This document shows positions 37,750 through 50,938 of a stretch of 64,000 bases of DNA, one piece after another. The position numbers and the translations under genes were made by a program. The stretch lies in the NCBI GenBank assembly GCA_951406725.2, contig OX597841.1, positions 17,980,001 to 18,044,000 on the forward strand. The letters run 5' to 3'. The notes under the pieces were generated by a model. It searched no databases. It saw only the letters and a program-made list of their open reading frames with translations, and was not told where the DNA came from. The DNA comes from Octopus vulgaris (Eukaryota). Positions within the stretch are counted from its first letter, which is position 1. The number at the start of each line of letters is the position of its first letter.

Positions 37750-39415
37750 CTAGCAGTATCGCCCAGCGTTGCTCGGGTTTGTTTCGACCCACTGGAATTG
37801 TAATTTTGAAAAGTAAAAATTTTGTGAACATTTTTCTGGTCGAAATACACCGAAAAGTGGCGACACAGCAGTGAAAAAATCGTAAAAAATAGGGATTTTC
37901 ATAGAAAAAAGCATCTTTTTGATGTAAATAATTTTTGGTGTTAACATGGTCCGATTTGAATTTTATGTTCTACGGAAGGAAGAGCAACCCTTCTTCTACC
38001 ATACTCTCAATTTTGGTCAACTTGCGCCGCAGGGTCTCGGAGGAGATAGTTTTAGTTGAAGGTTACCATTGTAGGTGCCTGAGTAACAACCTCGCGGATT
38101 TACAGATAAATGAATAAATTACTATTTTACAGAATAAAATTAAATAATTCTTGAAAATTAATTAATATTAATATTTTTTGAACAAAGTAAATAATTTTTA
38201 AAACTTAAATAATAATTTTTTTTTACACAAACGCGAACGGGGAAAAGGGGTGGCGAATTCGATTTACATACCTAAATTTTTTCTTTTTCATGACATTGTA
38301 GCAAAATAGTAGTGAATTATATAAATACCAGCAGTACATTTTTTTTTCTGGGGTATTTTTTTTCAACCTCGTCACATATTTGCCCCTTTCAATTTAAACA
38401 AAGTCTTAATTAAGCAATTACGGCAGCTTAGCAATGGTTTCAATACAGGCGTGACATGTGTATCTCAATTGTTCAAAACCCTTCGAATTTTTTTACACGT
38501 GATGATATCATAGTGAAAACTTTCAATTACGCGCGCTTAGAAGTACGCTCGCAAATTAATACTACCAAAATTTTGAAGTTCGCGTTCCGCTTGTGTGTGT
38601 GTGTGTGCGTGCTTTAGGTGTACGTAGGTATGTGTTTTTGTGTGTGTGTGTCACTGAAGCCATACATACATATATACATACATAACCTCTCTCTCTCTTT
38701 TCTCTCTCAGTCACTCACTACAAAAAGTGAATAAAAAAAAGTTCAGTTATTTCTGTCTTTCACTCTGTCTGTCTCTTTACACACACTAACAAAAGCACTT
38801 CACTTACACACCACACTTTCTGTGTCACACAACCCATCAAAGTCACACACACACACACACACACTCACGCACGCACACATGTACATCAATGCTTTAGGAG
38901 TGAAATGTTAAAATATTGAGTTTTCTCGAATTTTGTCTTAATTGGGGGTGAAATTGAAAGAAATATATTATGGCATGACCGAATGGAGTACTTTGAAAAA
39001 TCTTAGGTAAACTCTAATTGAAGAAATTGTGTGAGGAGTAAATCGTTATGTATTTATTTGTTTCTGTTTGCTGTGTTTTTTTATTTTTTGAGCAGTGGTT
39101 TAAATACTGTCAGTTTAGTCTTCCTCAAATAACTCTGTCGCTATTTACTTTCATTTTATTCGTTGCACACTGTGTGTGTGCGTGTGCGTGTGGTGTAAAC
39201 CACATTAAGAAAAGCATTTGACATACACACCAGAATGTGAGTTTTCTGTAAATTTTGCTTAATTGGAGTTTAAATTTTAAAAACTGGACCTGGCATGACC
39301 CGATGCATTCTACTCTTAAAAATGCTAGGTAAATTGTAATTGAAGAAATCCTATATTGTAGATTTCTATAAGTTACAAAGGGAGGCAGATAAAATCTCCC
39401 TTTTATAATAAGAGA
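37750..39415 (-). mobile_element. Non-autonomous Helitron inserted in the (AT)n of a family-A SINE (SINE halves about 37551-37740 and 39416-39655)
   Basis: On the minus strand: A|TC start at 39415, hairpin cccgagcaacgctggg, CTAG|T end at 37750. The SINE halves rejoin. Confidence 0.8.
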
Positions 39416-39661
39416 TATATATATATATGTATGTTTGTGTGTCTGTGTTTGTCCCCCTAGCATTGCTTGACAACCGATGCTGCTGTGTTTACATCCCCGT
39501 CACTTAGTGGTTCGGCAAAAGAGACCGATAGAATAAGTACTGGGCTTACAAAGAATAAGTCCCGGGGTCGATTTACTCGACTAAAGGCGGTGCTCCAGCA
39601 TGGCTGCAGTCAAATGACTGAAACAAGTAAAAGAGTAAAAGAGTAAAAGAGTATTAGACAC

Positions 39662-39907
39662 ATGATGATAATGATGATAATGATGATAATGATGATAATG
39701 ATGATAATGATGATAATGATGATAATGATGATAATGATGATAATGATGATAATAATGATAATGATGATAATGATGATAATGATGATAATGATGATAATGA
39801 TGATAATGATGATAATGATGATAATGATGATAATGATGATAATGATGATAATGATGATAATGATGATAATGATGATAATGATGATAATGATGATAATGAT
39901 GATAATG
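39662..39907. repeat. Near-perfect 9-bp tandem repeat (ATGATGATA)n
   Basis: Seen directly; one ATA variant unit. Confidence 0.95.
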
Positions 39908-40051
39908 CCCAACACAAAATGGAGATTTGGCCTCTGATGTCGCAACAAAATTGAATTCTTCTTTGTTGGTTTACACACACAAACACATACATGTATAGAG
40001 AGAGAGAGAGACATAGAGTATGATAGCACACACACACACACACACACACAC

Positions 40052-40270
40052 ACAGGGTTGGCCGGAAGTCACTGGACAGTAAATCAAAATTCCATAAATA
40101 CTTAATAATCAACTTTTATTTATTCCTTCCAATTAAGAATGTTTAATAATTTTGAATCCTGTCAGATAAAATCACTGCTTTTTTGTTTTCCACATTTGTC
40201 TATTTATTAGTGAAGTCTCATATAAAATCATTTTTTGTCTTAATCTTGGAATTTTGATTTACTGTCAGGT
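40052..40270. mobile_element. Small MITE-like element
   Basis: Inverted ends gacagtaaatcaaaattcca / tggaattttgatttactgtc. Confidence 0.55.
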
Positions 40271-40274
40271 GTAC

Positions 40275-41620
40275 ATGTATGTATGTATGTATGTATGTAT
40301 GTATGTATGTATGTATGTATGTATGTATGTATGTATGTATATATGTAGGTATGTATGTATGTGCGTATGTATGTATGTATGAATGTATGTATGTATGTAT
40401 GTATGTATGTATGTATGTATGCATGCATGTATGTATGTATGTATCTGTGTGTATGTATGTATGTATGTATGTATGTATGTATGTATGAATTATGTATGTT
40501 TGTATGTATGTATGTATGTATGTATGTATGTATGTATATATGTATGTATGTATGTATGTATGCATGTATGTATGTATGTATGTATGTATGTATGTATGTA
40601 TGAATTATGTATGTGTGTATGTATGTATGTATGTGTGTATGTATGTATGTATGTGTGTATGTATGTATGTATGTATGTATGTATGTATGTATGTATGTAT
40701 GTGTGTATGTATGTATGTATGTATGTATGTATGTATGTATGTATGTATGTATGTATGTATGTATGTATGTGTGTGTGTATGTATGTATGTGTGTATGTAT
40801 GTATGTATGTGTGTATGTATGTATGTATGTATGTATGTATGTGTGTGTGTATGTATGTATGTGTGTATGTATGTATGTATGTGTGTATGTATGTATGTAT
40901 GTATGTATGTATGTATGTATGTATGTGTGTATGTATGTATGCATGCATGTATGTATGTATGTATGTATGTATGTATGTATGTATGTATGTATGTATGTAT
41001 GTATGTATGTATGTATGTATGTATGTGTGTGTGTATGTATGTATGTGTGTATGTATGTATGTATGTGTGTATGTATGTATGCATGTATGTATGTATGTAT
41101 GAATTATGTATGCATGTATGTATGTATGTATGTATGTATGTATGTATGCATGTATGTATGCATGCATGTATGTATGTATGTATGTATGTATGCATGTATG
41201 TATGTATGTATGTATGTATGTATGTATGTATGAATTATGTATGTGTGTATGTATGTATGCATGTATGTATGTATGTATGTATGTATGTATGTATGTATGA
41301 ATTATGTATGTATGTATGTATGTATGTATGTATGTATGTATGTATGTATGTATGAATTATGTATGTGTGTATGTATGTATGTATGTATGTATGTATGTAT
41401 GTATGTATGTATGTATGTATGTATGTATGTATGTATGTATGAATTATGTATGTATGTATGTATGCATGCATGTATGTATGTATGTATGTATGCATGTATG
41501 TATGTATGTATGAATTATGTATGTGTGTATGTATGTATGTGTGTGTGTATGTATGTATGTGTGTATGTATGTATGTATGTGTGTATGTATGTATGTATGT
41601 ATGCATGTATGTATGTACAT
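40275..41620. repeat. About 1.35-kb (TATG)n microsatellite with recurrent TATGAATTATG interruptions
   Basis: Seen directly. Confidence 0.95.
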
Positions 41621-41695
41621 ACATACATACATACATATATATATACATATATATATGTGTGTGTGTATATGTATATATCTGTCTATGTATATATA

Positions 41696-42065
41696 TCTCT
41701 CTATATATAAACGGCAGTTTGTCTGTGTGTGTTTCTGTGTGTCTGTTAGGTTGTACCCTCACCCTGACCACGGCTTTCAACCGATTCTGATGAAACTTGA
41801 CACACACATAGCCCAATGTCATAATTCAAAACTAACGCAGCGAAAATTTTGAAAAGTTCCCCCAGTTCTGAAAGAAATCGATAAATTCGACATGGGGTCG
41901 AGAATCAGAAACACAAACCACAGACTGTCTAGGGGACGCAACTCGACCTTTTTAACTAAAAAAATTTTACCATCATTTTTTTCCCATTTTTTGGCTATAA
42001 CGCTCTAAAAATGCTTTATAGTTATTTCCCTTACAAACCCGAGCAACGCCGGGCGATACTGCTAG
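41696..42065 (+). mobile_element. Short non-autonomous Helitron
   Basis: A|TC start, hairpin cccgagcaacgccggg at 42038-42053, CTAG|T end. Confidence 0.85.
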
Positions 42066-42174
42066 TATATATATATATATATATACATAGACAGATATAT
42101 ACATATATATATATATACAGATATATATATATATATATATTTGTATATATATGTATATCTATCTCTCTCAATCT

Positions 42175-42227
<53 letters not shown>

Positions 42228-42534
42228 GGTTTGGAGGTGATGTACAGGTATTATATATAAGAAGAAATCTGGATGGTTTTATATTTACAGATTTTTATTA
42301 ATGTCGCATGTTTTTATAAATCATAGATTAGTGGTGTATAAAACCATCCAGATTTCTGAGTACCTTATTTCTTCTAACATATATATACATATATATATAT
42401 ATACACACATATATATTACTTTTTTCTAATTTATGTATGTATGTATATATGTGTGTGTGTGTGCATGTGTGTGTATGCGTGTGAGTGTATGCATGTTTCT
42501 ATATATATGTATGTGTTTGTGTGTGTATATATAT

Positions 42535-42900
42535 ACTCTTTACTCTTTTACTTGTTTTAGTCATTGGAGCACCGCCTTTAATTAAGCAAATCGACCCCAG
42601 GACTTATTCTATCGGTCTCTTTTGCCGAACCGCTAAGTAACGGGGTCATAAACACACCAGCATCGGTTGTCAAGCAATGCTAGGGGGACAAATACAGACA
42701 CACAAGCACACACACACGCATATATATATATATATACACATATACGACGGGCTTCTTTTAGTTTCCATCTACCAAATCCACTCACAAGGCTTTGGTCAGC
42801 CCGAGGCTATAGTAGAGACACTTGACCAAGGTGCCACGCAGTGGGACTGAACCCAGAAACATGTGGTTGGTTAGCAAGCTACTTACCACACAGCCACTCC
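42535..42900 (-). mobile_element. SINE family A
   Basis: Reverse complement of 48959-49385. Confidence 0.85.
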
Positions 42901-42921
42901 TATATATATATATATATATAT

Positions 42922-42974
<53 letters not shown>

Positions 42975-43636
42975 AAAGACACTAAGGTGTAATTTGAAAG
43001 AAATCCAGTCGCTATTTCTGGCAGGATGAGTGACCACATTGACACAGTAATCAAATATAGTGCAGATGTAAAAAAAAAAAACAGACAAAAATAAGTATAG
43101 AAATAAAGGTTTGTAGTTCAAATAGAGTTGGGTACCCTGTAAACACCCAGGAATAAAACATAAAGTGCTTATAACGACAGATAGATGTAAGTATTAAGAA
43201 ATCCTCCATGTTGAGGTTTATGACAAGTCCTGAAAATGTTCAAGTTTAATGCCTGTGTGGTGACATGGAAAAGTACCTGTACAGTGTCACATAAAAGTGC
43301 CATGAAAGAGTGTCACGAAAAAGTGTCACATAAAAGTGCCATGAAAAAGTGTCGATGTGGTGTCACATAAAAGTGCCCCTGTTATAGCATGTCAAAGCAG
43401 CCACGTGGTGCCATGTAAAAGTGCCTTTGTGGCACTACATACAGAACCCAGCACACCCTGTAAAGTGGTTGGCATTAGGAAGGGCCTCATCCAACCATAG
43501 AAACCAGATCAGACTGGAGTCTGGTGCAGCTCCCCAGTTTGCCAGGTCTGGTCAAACCGTCCAACCCATGCTAGCACGGACAATGGGCATTAAATGACGA
43601 TGAATAACCATAAAATTTGTTTCTTGTCTTCGGCAG

Positions 43637-43755
43637 CAATTGTTGATTCTCCAACAATGAATATTAGAAAGATTTTACGCATTGGGCTTTCAAAGCGACA
43701 GAAAATACCTGCACTACATCCATATATTAAGAGAAGAAGAATTGATGATGAGTGA
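43637..43755 (+). CDS. Terminal coding exon with a RAD51-interacting motif (IVDSPTMNIRKILRIGLSKRQKIPALHPYIKRRRIDDE*)
   Basis: Acceptor tttgtttcttgtcttcggcAG, phase 1. R(I/L)GLSxxxxxxxLHP is the C-terminal motif shared by RAD51AP1 and RAD51AP2. Too short to appear in the ORF track in this frame. Confidence 0.85.
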
Positions 43756-44099
43756 TGTATACAAGAGTTCTGTTGTTTATACTTTATACTTTTTATACCT
43801 TTTAGCACTTACGTTCAAAGTGTCCAGATCTGGTCTCTCACTCTTATCCTACCATGTCATTCTAAAAGTAAGCAATCACATCATCAAAATCTTGAAGCTT
43901 CAAGCAATTGCATGATTCATTTAAAGTAATATAAATACATTCGACAGAGTTACCTGAATGCTAAAGGGTTAAGGAAAGAGTAGTGGTGATGGATTTGTGG
44001 AGTATTTTAGGGTTTTCAGTTTTCTATAGCCCCAAGATGACCATAATTTGTGAGTGGATTTGGTAGACAGAAACTGAAAGTCTCCTGTAGTTTATAAAT

Positions 44100-44138
<39 letters not shown>

Positions 44139-44283
44139 TGTGTGTGTGTGTGTGAGTGTGTATGTATATGAGTGTAAGTGTGTATGTGTGCGTGCGGAAG
44201 TGTGAGTGTGTGTGTATGTACATGAGTGTGTGACTGTGTGTATGTGTGCGTGTGAAAGTGTGAGAGTGTGTGTGTATGTACAT

Positions 44284-44325
<42 letters not shown>

Positions 44326-47252
44326 ATGCGTTTCTGTCTCTTTGTCTTGATATTGCATGAGACTCGTAAACGAGTGTCACTGTCGTACAAGCAGTGTCAT
44401 TCATTTCCAGTATTCTGTGAGAACATGGCTGACCATAGGAAAATGCTACCTTGCTTGGAAGGGCAGCTGGTTATAGAAAATCTGCCTCAGACTCTGTCCA
44501 ATCCATGCAAGCCTGGAAAAGTGGGCACTAAAAGATGATGATGATGATGATGATGGTTGCTGTTGTTGTTTTTGTTGTTGTTGTTGTTATGGTGGTGGTT
44601 GCCTGACCCAAAGTTAGCCTTGCTGAATGAGACATTCCATCAAAGACATTCCTACCATGACCACCTTGCCATTTTGTGTAGCCAAGACTACATTATTCAA
44701 GGCGTCCCTCCATTTCTTTTTTTTGAGACATGATGATGCGATTTCACTGCCAATTGTAGCAAGTCAAGCCACCACTTAGAAGTTCCCTTCAAATGACATG
44801 GCAAGTTGTGGGGGAAAAAGACCAAAATACTCCAGATCTGTTAATGTTAAATTAAAATTTTGTTGTTGTTGTTGTTGTTGTTGTTTAATCCTGTCTTTTA
44901 TTCCGGCATCGAGTCTCTAGGACTACATTATCTAATGTGTCATTTCTTCTTCTTTTAAGATATAAGAGCTGTGTGTCATGTTCTTGAGCAAGACTCTTTA
45001 TTTTCACCTTGCTCCAGTTCACTCAGCTGTAGAAATGAGTTGCAACATCACTGGTTTCCAGCTGTATCGGCCCCTTTGCCTTTTACCTTGGACAACATCA
45101 GTGATGCGTAGAGGGGAGGCCGGTATGCATGGGTGACTGCTGGCCTTCCACAAAACAACCTTGCCCAGACTTGTGCCTTCATCAGTGAAGGGGGATCTTT
45201 ACACAAGAAAGCAATGTGATTAAGTTATCGTTACTATTTCCTACAAGTGGCCACATAAAAGCTGCTTTGTTAGTTTCTGGTGCTGCCATTCAAGTGGAGG
45301 TGTATGACCTCTAGTGGAGGTGCATGGCTTAGTGGTTAGGGTGTTGGACTCATTCACAACCATAAGATTGTGGTTTCAATTCCTGGACTTGAGCAAAACA
45401 CTTCATTTCATGTTACTCCAGTCCACTCAGTTGGCAAAAATGAGTTATCCTGTGATGGACTGGTGTCCGGTCCAAGTGAGGAATTTATACACCCTGGAAA
45501 CCAGGAGACTGGCCCTTATGAGTTGGCCTGACTCAAGAAGGTACCTTCACCTAAGTTTACTTATCTCCAGAGTGTGCATCTCAGCCTATATTGCCTCAGT
45601 TCCAATTCGGACCTATAATCAAATAGAGGTTCCAGCCATAGACATCCCATCTTTATTTAGTCAGCGTATCTAAGAATAGTCATTGAATACATTTAGGGGT
45701 TCATTCCAAAGTTGGTCAGAATGGTTTCTTCTGGTCAGTGTCATAACACATTAAGGATTCTTCTGGGTGGGTCATTGGTCCTCCACAGAGTAGTCAGGTG
45801 ATAGGGCAGCTATCCTGATGATGTGCTGTGGGTCACCATTTGTCTGGGACCTCGTCAGAACACCAAGAATACCAGAACACCCAGGGTGGCCCTTGCCAGG
45901 AGCAAAACTCCAGATGGTAGTGCTCTCTTGGATCTATGGAGCATGCAAAGCCCCGTCACTATGACAAGAGCAGACCCAGGAGGGAGATGCAGAGAGGTTG
46001 GCACAGAATTACCAGCGATGGAGAGCACTGGTCAGCTGTACACATGATGATGCCTCTGGGACCAGCATCCTGGGATGACCCCAGCCCCTTTAAGCAAGCA
46101 TCTAAAGATCCATTATTCAATGTGTCATTCCTTGTTGGCATCAACTTTGACAAAACAATTCTATGATCAAATAGATGTTCCATACATGACCAACCTGTCT
46201 TTATTCAGACATAGCATTTATGGAAGACTACATTATCCTTTCTTCTTAAACAGTCAGATGCCATTTTAGGGAAGCTTGGCTGTTGTTTCTTTTTCAGCAG
46301 ACTGAGTGATTAAATAAAACTTCATGTACAAGTGTTAAGGGTGTAGTGTTGTGGTTGTGTTATATCAATAACACACACACACACACTTATGCATGCACAC
46401 ACACACACACATACACACTCATACACTTATGCATGCACATACACACACATAGGCACACACACATGCACACATAACATACACACACACACATGCACACACA
46501 CATGCCCACACACATAACATACACATGCACACTCATGCATACACACACTCATACACATACACACACACACACATACACAAGCACACACACACACACACAG
46601 AGGTTGAGTTCTGAGATGAGAAGTTAAGCCAGTCCTCTTCCTTCCAATCAATTCATCACTACACATTTTTTTCTCTCCCCATTTTTTCCCCTCTCAATCC
46701 TTCTTGTGGAAGAGCAGAGGCACAAAACATCAAAGACACTTTCAGTCTTCCTGGGCATCAAACTAATACACCTGATTGCTGTTCCTTCACCTGTCTTTGT
46801 CTTTTGCTTTCTATAAATTTGAACCACACACACATACTCTCTCTCTTACTCTCTCTCTCTCTCTCTCTATTTCACCCTCGCCCTCCTTCCCTTCTCCATC
46901 TCCCTCTCTCTCTCCCTCGCTCTTTCTCCCCCCTCTCTCTGTGCCACATAAAAAACATCCAGGCCTCACTGTGAAGTGGTTGGCATTTGGAAGGGCATCC
47001 AGCTGAAAATCCATGTCAAAAATACCTCACCTGTACTGGTGCCATGTAAAGAACTTTCAGTTCACTCTATGCCATAAAAACCCTGCCAAAACAGACACAG
47101 TAGCCTGGTGTAGTCTTCTGCCTGGTTGGTTCCTGTCAAACCATTCAACCCATATCAGCATGGAAGACAGATGTTAAATGATGATGATGATATATATATA
47201 CACACACATAGATAGATAGATTTTTTAGGAAGTTGATTGTTATGGCTGGTCA

Positions 47253-47830
47253 GAGGGTAACCATTGGTTTCACACCTATAAAGTGCTTGGCTGTATAGGT
47301 GACTCGTCACACTCAAATGGCTGAAGGCACATAGTCTTTGTAGAACCGGAGGAAGGAAGACATCATGGTCAGTTAGGTTTGTAAACAAAAAACATACAAC
47401 TAAAAAGGCCATGCAGTAGGTGTTTTCAGACAGGACAGGGTTATACCAGTTACATCAGTTCCAATCGTTGTGATATTCAAAGTTGTTGTTGTGGCTCAAT
47501 TTGGTGAATGAGGAATTCCATGCTTGTAACAGAAAATGTGTCAGATGAGAACGTTGACTAAATACCTCTTTCCTGGAGTTTAAAAAGGCTCCAGGTTGAG
47601 TAAGTTTTTTGTAGGATTCTTGCTCTCTCTCTGCCAAGCAAAGCTGACATCATTTGCTCCCATTTATATATGTCCCCGGTTCAAGGAACTTCCATTTTAT
47701 TATGTGTAGGGTGCCCTCTTCTAAGCACCATATGTGGCTGGCCAGGGGCATGATGTTGCACCTGTATTACTGCTCTGATGTTTTATAGTGCTTCTTTTAT
47801 GGATATATGAACTACTGATGATAGATAAGG
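47253..47830 (-). mobile_element. Penelope-like 3' fragment (GIY-YIG C-terminus) with a degenerate hammerhead in its 3' UTR (47253-47314)
   Basis: LASHIWCL, IKWKFLE, CQLCLAE, FLNSRKEVFS. Then gagt GTGACGA gtcacctata...tataggtg t GAAA ccaatgg TT accctc. Confidence 0.65.
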
Positions 47831-47878
47831 GTTAGGGTTACATACAGACATACATACATGCACACACATACACACACA

Positions 47879-47949
<71 letters not shown>

Positions 47950-48244
47950 AAAAATAGCAAAAGATTAAAGGGCAATATTTTTTGTTTCCTATAAAAAAAA
48001 ATTTTTTTATTCATTTCAGTTTTAATATAAATAAAAAGAAAAAAAATCGTTTTTTTGTTGTTGTTGTTGTTGTTGTTGTTGTCTGTTATTAAAATGAAAA
48101 TAAAAACAAAGTTCAATATGAACAATAAAAACTCTTTCAACTGTTCAGCTGTTGTCATAATTATTGTTGGTGTTGTTGTTCTTTAGTCAGTTGGTCATCT
48201 CTGATCTGGGAAGACTCTAATGAAGGCCTCCGACTTATGACTCT

Positions 48245-49385
48245 CCCTTACTCTTTTACTTGTTTCAGTCAGATGACTGCGGCCATGCTGGAGCACCGCC
48301 TTTAGTCGAGCAACTGGACCCCGGAATTTATTCTTTGTAAGCCCTGTACTTATTCTATCGGTCTTTTTTGCCGAACCGCTAAGTGACGGGGACGCAAACA
48401 CACCAGCATCGGTTGTCAAGCAATGCTAGGGGGACAAACACAGACACACAAACACACACGCACACATATATATATATACATATATACCATGGGCTTCTTT
48501 CAGTTTCCGTCTACCAAGTCCACTCACAAGGCATTGGTCGCCCCGAGGCTATAGTAGAAGACACTTGCCCAAGGTGCCACGCAGTGGGACTGAACCCAGA
48601 ACCATGAGGTTGGTAAGCAAGCTACTTACCACACAGCCACTCCTTACTGTTTCAGTTTATTTTCAGATTTGATTAATCCAGTACAACATTAATATATAAT
48701 GAACTTAGTTAATTAGTTAATTTTTTGGCTCAAAAAGCAAAGAGCAAGGCCATGTAGGGGGACATGGAGTTATGTACAGGGTGGTGTTCATGTAAAGAGT
48801 TCAGGCCACTTGTGGTCAAGGGAGACTTTGAACCGAGCAGTCGTCGGCATCTTCACCATCTCGTCCGGCAGCTTACTTGTTGTATACAGTGCTCAGGTGC
48901 TGCAGTACAACTCATCAGTAAAAGTAAGCAAAACTGCAAGAACAGTGCATAGTATATGCACAGGAGTGGCTGTGTGGTAAGTAGCTTGCTAACCAACCAC
49001 ATGGTTCTGGGTTCAGTCCCACTGCGTGGCATCTTGGGCAAGTGTCTTCTGCTATAGCCCCGGGCCGACCAATGCCTTGTGAGTGGATTTGGTAGACGGA
49101 AACTGAAAGAAGCCTGTCGTATATATGTATATATATATACATATATATATATATATGTATGTGTGTGTGTATGCTTGTGTGTCTGTGTTTGTCCCCCTAG
49201 CATTGCTTGACAACCGATGCTGGTGTGTTTGCATCCCCGTCACTTAGCAGTTCGGCAAAAGAGACCGATAGAATAAGTACTGGGCTTACAAAGAATAAGT
49301 TCCAGGGTCGATTTGCTCAACTAAAGGCGGTGCTCCAGCATGGCCGCAGTCAAATGACTGAAACAAGTAAAAGAGTAAAAGAGTA
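48245..49385. mobile_element. Inverted pair of well-preserved family-A SINEs (48245-48645 -, 48959-49385 +)
   Basis: High-identity reverse complements about 310 bp apart. The spacer holds a CR1/L2-type tail (KLPDEMVKMPTTARFKVSLD). Confidence 0.88.
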
Positions 49386-49389
49386 GGAA

Positions 49390-49660
49390 GTGAAGAGTGA
49401 ATAGGTCTTTAAAAAAAACTGGGGAGTCAATGGCCTTAGGTATTCTGTTGGTGAATTTCAGGAAACATGGAAATTTTGAAGGATGTAGTGTCTCGGCAGC
49501 CGACAACTGATGTGGGTAGTTTATTCCATGCTTCGGCAATTATGAATGTGATAAATGTTCCCCAAAGGTCATTGGAACTGTGTTGTTGCTTTGATTTCGT
49601 AGCATGTCCATGAGAGATAGACACATGGAATTCAAAAAGATGCCCAAGGTTGTTGGAAAG
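49390..49660 (-). mobile_element. CR1/L2-type LINE 3' fragment
   Basis: AEAWNKLPTSVVGCRDTTSFK motif. Confidence 0.65.
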
Positions 49661-50138
49661 ATTATCAAATGTGTTTCATCTATTCTAAGAGAGCAAAGTG
49701 TGATTTTGGGAGGAATTTAGCTGCTATTTCTAGTGGACTGATCAACCACGTAGAGGTTCTCAGATATTCAGAAAGCAAGAAAGAGAAGAAAGAGAGAGAG
49801 AGAGAGAGAGTATGTGTCAATGTGTTTATTATTACTAATACCATTTTGTGCTGTACTGTATTGCAGAGGTCCCCAACCATGGGCTATGGGTCACTTGCAT
49901 CCATGGGCCATGGATCATTTGGTACTGGGCTGCACAGAAAGAATAAATTTTAAAATATTATTTCTATTTTATTGACAGGAATGGCTGTGTGATAAGAAGC
50001 TTGCTTCCCAACCACATGATTCTGAGTTCCATTCCACTGCATGGCACATTGGGCAAGTGTCTTCTACTATAGCCTCTGGCCAACCAAAGCCTTGTCGGTG
50101 GATTTGGTAGACAGAAACTGAAAGAAGCCCAGTGTATA

Positions 50139-50636
<498 letters not shown>

Positions 50637-50938
50637 ACTTTTTATTGTAGCCACACAGGGCTAAACACAGAATAAAAATGGACGAAATACAATGTAGAAT
50701 TTTTTCTTTTCGAGGTGGGATGGGTGGGGCAAAAAAAAAAAAAAAAAAAAAAAACGTTTGATCAATAGAGATCTGTGGGTTGTGTGGTGTATAAAAAAGC
50801 ACTATATATATATATATAAGGTTCACAGTTTAGGTGTAACCTTGGAAAGAAAAACCTACAAAAAAGACCAAGGTCACCTCAGACAGTTCGAAAAAGAACA
50901 CATGAGTAAGTCGCCTTACTTCTCGTTGTCTCTTTTGG

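Noticed and set aside
31775-41852. Long HTYI/MYVC/YIYI/MMI ORFs here, and LSIY ORFs at 29906, 49969 and 56453
   Set aside because: Translations of microsatellites that lack stop codons; no coding evidence.
43255-43430. Spaced tgtcacataaaagtgcc repeats resembling a CRISPR array
   Set aside because: Eukaryotic context, irregular related spacers, and part of a retroelement minisatellite.
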